A stretch of DNA of 32,000 nt from Candidatus Hadarchaeales archaeon. Its GTDB lineage: Archaea; Hadarchaeota; Hadarchaeia; Hadarchaeales; Hadarchaeaceae. Under the pieces are notes generated by a model that saw only the letters and a program-made list of their open reading frames with translations, was not told the DNA's origin and searched no databases. Positions 26,866 to 32,000 of this stretch are shown here, one piece after another. The DNA is taken from positions 120,001 through 152,000 of the forward strand of contig JAWBCC010000002.1 of assembly GCA_038823825.1 (NCBI GenBank), written 5' to 3'. Every line of letters starts with the position of its first letter. The first letter of the stretch is position 1. A program made the translations under genes and the position numbers.

Positions 26866-27672
26866 ATGAGAGCTGAAATTGCGGTTATCGGCGGTTCCGG
26901 TTTTTATGAGATATCAAACGTTCAGATGAGAAAGTTTGACATAAAAACCCCATATGGAATAGTTATCGGTGTTCGCATTGGGGAAATTGGAGGCAAAAAA
27001 ATCGCTTTCTTGGCCCGTCATGGTGAGTCTCACTCGATTCCTCCGCACCGAGTGAATTATAGAGCAAACATTTGGGCGCTTCACTCGATAGGGGTTGAAA
27101 GAATTCTTGCTACATCGGCATGCGGCGCGATAAACAGAAGGTTTAAACCGGGCGATTTTATTCTTGTCACGCAATTTCTCGATTTTACGAAATCCCGTCC
27201 TTCAACGTTTTTTGAGGGTGGAAAGAGCGGAGTCGCACACATCGATGTCTCAGAGCCGTTCTGTCCACAACTCCGGAAGGTCGTAAAATCAGTCGCTGAA
27301 AATTTGGGCTTCAAAATCCGCGAGGGAGGTGTCTATGCATGCATGGAGGGACCCAGATTTGAAACACCGGCGGAGATAAGAGCTCTTGAGAAGCTTGGCG
27401 CAGACATGGTTGGAATGACCCTAGTCCCGGAATGCGTGTTGGCTAGAGAGCTTGGGATATGCTATTCCTCTGTTGCGATTATAACGAATTATGCTGCGGG
27501 GATCTCGAGAAACATCCTCACACACTCGGAAGTCCTTGAAATGATGAAAAAGAAAAATGAGGAAATAAAGAAGATCTTCCTTTCAGCCATACAAAAGTTG
27601 CCTGGAGAGAGAAACTGTTCATGCCCAAAATCTGTAGAAATCTTTGGTCACTCCTCGAAAAATTCTTCATAA
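26866..27672 (+). CDS. mtnP: S-methyl-5'-thioadenosine phosphorylase family protein
   Basis: AVIGGSGFYEI, FLARHGESHSIPPHRVNYRANIWALHSIGVERILATSACG, YACMEGPRFETPAEIRALEKLGADMVGMT. Confidence 0.94.
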   Translation: MRAEIAVIGGSGFYEISNVQMRKFDIKTPYGIVIGVRIGEIGGKKIAFLARHGESHSIPPHRVNYRANIWALHSIGVERILATSACGAINRRFKPGDFILVTQFLDFTKSRPSTFFEGGKSGVAHIDVSEPFCPQLRKVVKSVAENLGFKIREGGVYACMEGPRFETPAEIRALEKLGADMVGMTLVPECVLARELGICYSSVAIITNYAAGISRNILTHSEVLEMMKKKNEEIKKIFLSAIQKLPGERNCSCPKSVEIFGHSSKNSS

Positions 27673-27899
27673 TATTCTATCGGCTCTGTCTCTACTTCGT
27701 ACCTTACAGGTTTCTTTTTCTTCTTTTCTTTTTTTGTGACAACTGTGACTTTCTCTTCTCTTTTCTTTTCAGTCTTTATCTTATACTTGGACCCTCTTTT
27801 CAGCTCGATTTTATGACCACACTTTTGGCATATGAGTTTTCTACCTTTACCTATTTTTTTCGGAAGCATCAGCCCACCACATTTCGGACAGAATTCCAT
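27648..27899 (-). CDS. TFS/RPC11-like single N-terminal zinc-ribbon protein with charged tail
   Basis: MEFCPKCGGLMLPKKIGKGRKLICQKCGHKIELKRG matches the archaeal TFS N-ribbon. It is followed by a Lys-rich then acidic tail, with no second ribbon. Confidence 0.85.
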   Translation of the reverse strand: MEFCPKCGGLMLPKKIGKGRKLICQKCGHKIELKRGSKYKIKTEKKREEKVTVVTKKEKKKKKPVRYEVETEPIEYYEEFFEE

Positions 27900-27982
27900 T
27901 TTTATCCTCCGCTTTGGTCCGTTTTTTGTATATAAAGTTAATGTTATGATTGATTTATAAATCAATCGGTTTCTTAATGTTT

Positions 27983-30079
27983 TCAACTTAAAATTCTGTC
28001 CACGGAGATTATTCGGACATGGAGTTTTCCATCCTCTTGATAAAGGTCTGCTTCCGCAGAGAATTTAGCTCCCTTGCGTATGAGCTCTCTAGGACCATTA
28101 TATTGATCGGGCGTGAGCACGGATCTCCATTTTCCGTCAACAAGCAGTATTGCTTTGCCAGGAAGAACCTTCTCAACTTCGAAGGTGTGAGTTTTCAAAT
28201 TTCCGTTTTTACTTGTGTTCGGTAATAGAACATCTCCTCTTCGTCTAATCTGACCCGTTGCCTCAAGTCTATCGATACTTTCAGCAATGGCAGATTTCGA
28301 GAAACCCTCCTCTTCTAGTTCTTTGGAGATTTCTTGCACTGGTAGACCGTCAATTCCCCGTCGAAGAACCCCCATAACGACTCTTTTTGAAATTTGCGCG
28401 ATTTCTCTTTCAAATCGCTTTATTCTTTCTTTTTCTGCTAATTCTATTTCTTCTGGTGGAAGCTCTGTAATCTCTTTGGGCTCAAGTGGCGCCGGGGTAG
28501 GCGGAGCCCCAATTCTAAGTATGGGATGAAGTTGTTTGTTTAGCTGTTTCACGAGTCTTTTCATTTTATCGAGTTTTCTTTTTGTGCTCCAGAAGTATGC
28601 CGTGTCAACAGATTTCTCTGCTGCGAGGATCACAACTCTTCCGAATTTTCTCCTCCCTGTTCTCCCTCTTCTCTGAATGAATCTTATTTCACTCGGAACC
28701 GGCTCATAGAAAACAACCAATTCCACGCTAGGGATGTCAAGTCCTTCCTCTCCTATACTCGTAGCAACGAGTACCCTCACTTTGCCTTCTTTAAAAGCCT
28801 GCAGAATTTTTCTCTGCTCGTCTTGGCTCATTCCTTCGCCTTCCTTTTTTGCCTGCCCGATGAATTTCTCCGAGTCTATTCCTAAGGATCTGAGCCTCTC
28901 AACAATCTTGTTCACGGTATCTCTGTACTGTGTGAACACGATTATTCTGGAGGATGGGTTTATCTTCAGTTGCTCTGCAACAATTTTTTCCACTGCTTCC
29001 ACTTTCGGATGTTCAATATCGAGCTTCAGAATCTTGTCAAGAAGTTTTCTTTCCCTTAGTTCAGCTATTATCAGTCTATGACTTCTTTTTCGGCTTCTCA
29101 TCAGTTTTTCCACAAACTTTCGAAACGTGTACACTCCCTGGCTTTCAAGAAGTTCGAGTGCGTGGTAAAGCGAGAGGGCAGCAGACTGAAGGAGTATTGC
29201 TTGATAAAGAGCGCCACCACCCCCAGACGAAAGCGCTTCTCTGATTTTTTGTCCCGCTTCTAGCAAGTCAGTTCTGAAGACATATTTTGAAGGTTTCTTT
29301 ATGATTCCCATTTCAACTAGAGATTTCAACTTTGCGTCGAGCATCTCCCGCAAAGCTTGTTTGATTTCTCCATAGTCGGGAGGAAGTGAAACAGAAAAGA
29401 ATTCCATCTTTATTCTGCTTGTATACGGTAGCACGTCTGGGTCCTCTTCCGTTCTTATCTCAATGTGTTCGATAAACAGGCTCTTGCAGATTTCCTCGAT
29501 CTTTTCCCTCTCTGCGCCGGGACTTGCCGTCATAGCCAGAATTATCGGGTATGGGCACTGGCTGACATATGATTTCGCGACTTTCGTGTACGCATAGTTT
29601 TTTCTTGACCTGTGACATTCGTCGAAGACAAGCAGGCAGAAGTTCTCCAGTCTGAGACCCCTCTCTAGGTCGTTTGCCACAACTTGCGGGGTAGCGAAAT
29701 AAAGCCTCCTTTTTCCATTCCAAGCAGCCATCCTATATGCTGGTGGAGTTTTTCCAGTGAGAACTTCGACGTCTTCCTGCCGGATTTTCAGAAACTTTAA
29801 AAATGTCTCCCAATGTTGAAAGACAAGTGGTCTTGTTGGAGCCATTACAAGGACCTTTTTATCTCTATAATTGTAGAGAAAATGAGCGGCAACCAGAACA
29901 GCAATTATTGTCTTACCAAGAGCCGTTGGAAGAATGACTAAAACGTTTTTCTTTATAGCTTCCTCCGCTATTTTTAATTGATATTCTCTTTCTTCTATCA
30001 GCTCGCGACGTAGAATCGGGTTTTCAAGTATGTTTGTAGTTTCAGTCATTTCAATCAAGAGTTGTTGTAACATTTTCAA
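27983..30079 (-). CDS. Hef-like DEAD/DEAH-box superfamily 2 helicase lacking the XPF-type nuclease domain
   Basis: LVILPTALGKTIIAVLVAAHFL-type Walker A, LLVFDECHRSRKNYAYTKV, ILAMTASPG, ATSIGEEGLDIPSVELVVFYEPVPSEIRFIQRRGRTGRR. Confidence 0.92.
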   Translation of the reverse strand: MKMLQQLLIEMTETTNILENPILRRELIEEREYQLKIAEEAIKKNVLVILPTALGKTIIAVLVAAHFLYNYRDKKVLVMAPTRPLVFQHWETFLKFLKIRQEDVEVLTGKTPPAYRMAAWNGKRRLYFATPQVVANDLERGLRLENFCLLVFDECHRSRKNYAYTKVAKSYVSQCPYPIILAMTASPGAEREKIEEICKSLFIEHIEIRTEEDPDVLPYTSRIKMEFFSVSLPPDYGEIKQALREMLDAKLKSLVEMGIIKKPSKYVFRTDLLEAGQKIREALSSGGGGALYQAILLQSAALSLYHALELLESQGVYTFRKFVEKLMRSRKRSHRLIIAELRERKLLDKILKLDIEHPKVEAVEKIVAEQLKINPSSRIIVFTQYRDTVNKIVERLRSLGIDSEKFIGQAKKEGEGMSQDEQRKILQAFKEGKVRVLVATSIGEEGLDIPSVELVVFYEPVPSEIRFIQRRGRTGRRKFGRVVILAAEKSVDTAYFWSTKRKLDKMKRLVKQLNKQLHPILRIGAPPTPAPLEPKEITELPPEEIELAEKERIKRFEREIAQISKRVVMGVLRRGIDGLPVQEISKELEEEGFSKSAIAESIDRLEATGQIRRRGDVLLPNTSKNGNLKTHTFEVEKVLPGKAILLVDGKWRSVLTPDQYNGPRELIRKGAKFSAEADLYQEDGKLHVRIISVDRILS

Positions 30080-30135
30080 AAAACTTGTGGAGGTATTCTT
30101 TTATTGCCAGAAGTTTTCGATTTGTGGGAGAATAA

Positions 30136-31305
30136 ATGAAAATAATGGTTTCGATCCCGATCCTATTGCTATTCCTACAGGCAGTTGTAGCCACCCCAGA
30201 AATTGCTTGGAGATTTAGCAGCGATTCATGTCTCTCTCCTCCTTGTGTTTACGAAATGCTTGTCTTCACAGGTTCAGATGAGGGCCGCTTATTCGCGCTT
30301 TACGCCCATAGCGGAAAAATCAGGTGGTCAAAGCAGATGGATGGAAAAATTTTGGCGTCTGCAGCATGTGAGGGAAGAGTATTTGTGAGCACATCCGAAG
30401 GAATCGTTTGTCTTAGCGCAGATCACGGCGATCTTCTGTGGAGATTTGAAATGAAAGATCCCAGGAGACGAGCCCTAGTTGTTGGGGGTAATTCGATTTT
30501 TATTATTTCTCACGAAGGCTACGTTGTTTCCTTAGGTTTTGATGGAATTCTCCGATGGGAAGAAAATCTCAATGAAATAGTCGTCACCCAGCCGATTTTG
30601 CTTGGTGATTCTTTGGTTATAGCCACATTTGGAGGAAATCTCGTTTTCCTAGATATTTCAAATGGAGCTTGGCGTAAAACGATTTCCATTGGTAGGTTCT
30701 GTCCGGTGATTTTCGACTTCACAATCGAAGAAAACGTGGCGTATCTATGTTCCGATAATTCTCTTTTTGCAGTTTCCACAAATTCAGGTGAAGTTCTCTG
30801 GATGAGGGATCTGGGTTGCGTCACAAAGCCGCTGGTTTTTAAGGAAGGCATTTGCGTAGGCACTTCAAAAGGTCTCGTTTTTCTGAATAAAGAAACCGGT
30901 GAGACCATTTGGTCAACGGAAACAAAGGGGAAACCGTTTTTCGTGATATCTGAAACAGAAACGCTCTTGGTCGGGACCAGGACAGGCTTCAAAAATTATG
31001 ATGCGAACGGAAACTTAATCTGGGAGATGAATGTTGGAGCAGCGGTCTATCCACCTGTTCTTCTATATGGGAAAATTTTTGCATTAGTTTCCCAAAAAGA
31101 AATTCTTTGCATAGGCAGCTGGGGAGAGGTTGGAGAAACAGGAAAGGGGATGGGATACGTTTATCTAGCAATTGCTGTTGCATGTAGCTTCTTGTTCGTG
31201 CTCTTAGATGTTTTGCTTCCGGAAAAGAGGATTATTAGAAAAAAGAGAGTTGTGAAAAAGGCGAAATGTGGCAAAAGAAAATCTGGTGGGGTCGCCGGGA
31301 TTTGA
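30136..31305 (+). CDS. Secreted/membrane-anchored PQQ-like beta-propeller repeat protein
   Basis: N-terminal signal-like hydrophobic segment, repeats such as SGKIRWSKQMDGKI / HGDLLWRFEM / SGEVLWMRDLG / TGETIWSTETKG, then a C-terminal TM helix and Lys-rich tail. Confidence 0.87.
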   Translation: MKIMVSIPILLLFLQAVVATPEIAWRFSSDSCLSPPCVYEMLVFTGSDEGRLFALYAHSGKIRWSKQMDGKILASAACEGRVFVSTSEGIVCLSADHGDLLWRFEMKDPRRRALVVGGNSIFIISHEGYVVSLGFDGILRWEENLNEIVVTQPILLGDSLVIATFGGNLVFLDISNGAWRKTISIGRFCPVIFDFTIEENVAYLCSDNSLFAVSTNSGEVLWMRDLGCVTKPLVFKEGICVGTSKGLVFLNKETGETIWSTETKGKPFFVISETETLLVGTRTGFKNYDANGNLIWEMNVGAAVYPPVLLYGKIFALVSQKEILCIGSWGEVGETGKGMGYVYLAIAVACSFLFVLLDVLLPEKRIIRKKRVVKKAKCGKRKSGGVAGI

Positions 31306-31361
31306 ACCCAGGTCACCGGCTCCCAAAGCCGGCAGGATAGACCAGGCTACCCCACGACCCC
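31284..31361 (-). tRNA. tRNA-Pro(TGG), encoded CCA (31286-31284)
   Basis: Reverse complement: GGGGTCG/CGACCCC acceptor, anticodon arm CCGGC-TTTGGGA-GCCGG, T-loop TTCAAAT, discriminator A, CCA. Confidence 0.96.
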
Positions 31362-31405
31362 TCAAATGAAAAATGAACGGTTGTAAGTAAAAAACAGTTC
31401 TCATC

Positions 31406-31678
31406 TCACAAAGCGGTTAAATCTTCAGTAGCCTTTATGGTTTCCAATATTTTTTTGCCATATTCAGTTAGTGAGTATTCTCCTTCTCTTTCTTCTACAA
31501 TTTTCTTTTCCTCGAGCATTTTCACATACAGTTTAACAGGCCACCAATCTCCGTTTTTCGAATAGCTCATCTTTATCTGTCGCAGGCTACAGGGCCCGCT
31601 CTTTGCTATGATTGCAAAAATAGTAAGCAAGCTGCCTTCATCCGATTTAAGCCACTGAATGTCTTCGGTTATGCCCAT
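31406..31678 (-). CDS. Small winged-helix-like protein of unknown function
   Basis: MGITEDIQWLKSDEGSLLTIFAIIAKSGPCSLRQIKM...VKLYVKMLEEKKIVEEREGEYSLTEYGKKILETI has the H-H-H-wing pattern of wHTH proteins. ATG at 31678 is preferred over TTG at 31705. Confidence 0.65.
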   Translation of the reverse strand: MGITEDIQWLKSDEGSLLTIFAIIAKSGPCSLRQIKMSYSKNGDWWPVKLYVKMLEEKKIVEEREGEYSLTEYGKKILETIKATEDLTAL

Positions 31679-31732
31679 CGCTACTCGGAGAAGGTTTTTA
31701 TACAACCCTTTTATAGATTGTCGAAAATTAAA

Positions 31733-32000
31733 ATGGGGGATGAGCGCTTGAAGGTGTGGATGATAGCGGGGACATTGCTTGCCCTGCTTATTATCCTTCC
31801 AGCATTGGCAATATTCTTTGCTAGTGGCTGGGTGAAGCTCGCTGGGCAGATCGTCCTCTCGATAATCTTCGGTTTGATTGCAGCAGTCTTCCTTCTCTTT
31901 TCATACATCTGTATCAGGGCGCAGGCAAAAAAATGGGGCATGAGTCTACTTTTGGCTGCTATTGTTTTAGCATTTCTAATTTATGCCATCTGGATGGGTG
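31733..32000 (+). CDS. Membrane protein of unknown function (truncated by window end)
   Basis: My translation: MGDERLKVWMIAGTLLALLIILPALAIFFASGWVKLAGQIVLSIIFGLIAAVFLLFSYICIRAQAKKWGMSLLLAAIVLAFLIYAIWMG. It is open to base 32000 and has three TM segments. Confidence 0.7.
   Translation, partial: MGDERLKVWMIAGTLLALLIILPALAIFFASGWVKLAGQIVLSIIFGLIAAVFLLFSYICIRAQAKKWGMSLLLAAIVLAFLIYAIWMG

Noticed and set aside
31711-31941. Minus-strand 76-aa ORF near the window end
   Set aside because: The plus strand there encodes a convincing three-TM protein from ATG 31733 to the window end.
1-32000. Search for CRISPR arrays, integrases, transposases, toxin-antitoxin modules or a defence island (including tRNA-adjacent integration)
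   Set aside because: I found no regularly spaced repeats, recombinase-like ORFs or partial tRNA duplications (att sites) by eye. The genes next to the tRNAs are ordinary chromosomal genes.

Overview
The window is a gene-dense archaeal chromosomal segment made up mostly of housekeeping genes. The archaeal assignment rests on CarS, Rpo7/Spt4, archaeal-type PheS/PheT, a NAC homologue, a Taw2/Trm5-like methyltransferase, ribosomal protein L10e, a Hef-like helicase and a TFS-like zinc ribbon. I found about 36 supportable protein-coding genes and three tRNA genes: Arg-GCG, Gln-TTG and Pro-TGG, all with encoded CCA. I saw no CRISPR array, integrase, transposase, toxin-antitoxin module or other clear mobile or defence island, so I do not claim a fully novel system. 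The strongest unusual signals are these. (1) tRNA-Gln lies entirely inside the same-strand 3' end of an MFS transporter ORF, whose TGA overlaps the ATG of the carS ORF (ATGA). (2) A perfect 9-bp inverted repeat (AAATTTAGG-N5-CCTAAATTT) sits on a TATA-like box just upstream of a divergent DtxR-family regulator and ZIP transporter pair. (3) An ADP-ribosylglycohydrolase carries a degenerate C4/HNH-like zinc tail and is packed with a GPN-loop GTPase and a DUF89 protein. (4) A Hef-like helicase lacks the nuclease domain, with a TFS-like gene encoding only the N-terminal zinc ribbon beside it. (5) A TrkA_N-like domain is fused to a DHH phosphoesterase. All family assignments come from motif recognition by eye, with no database search.
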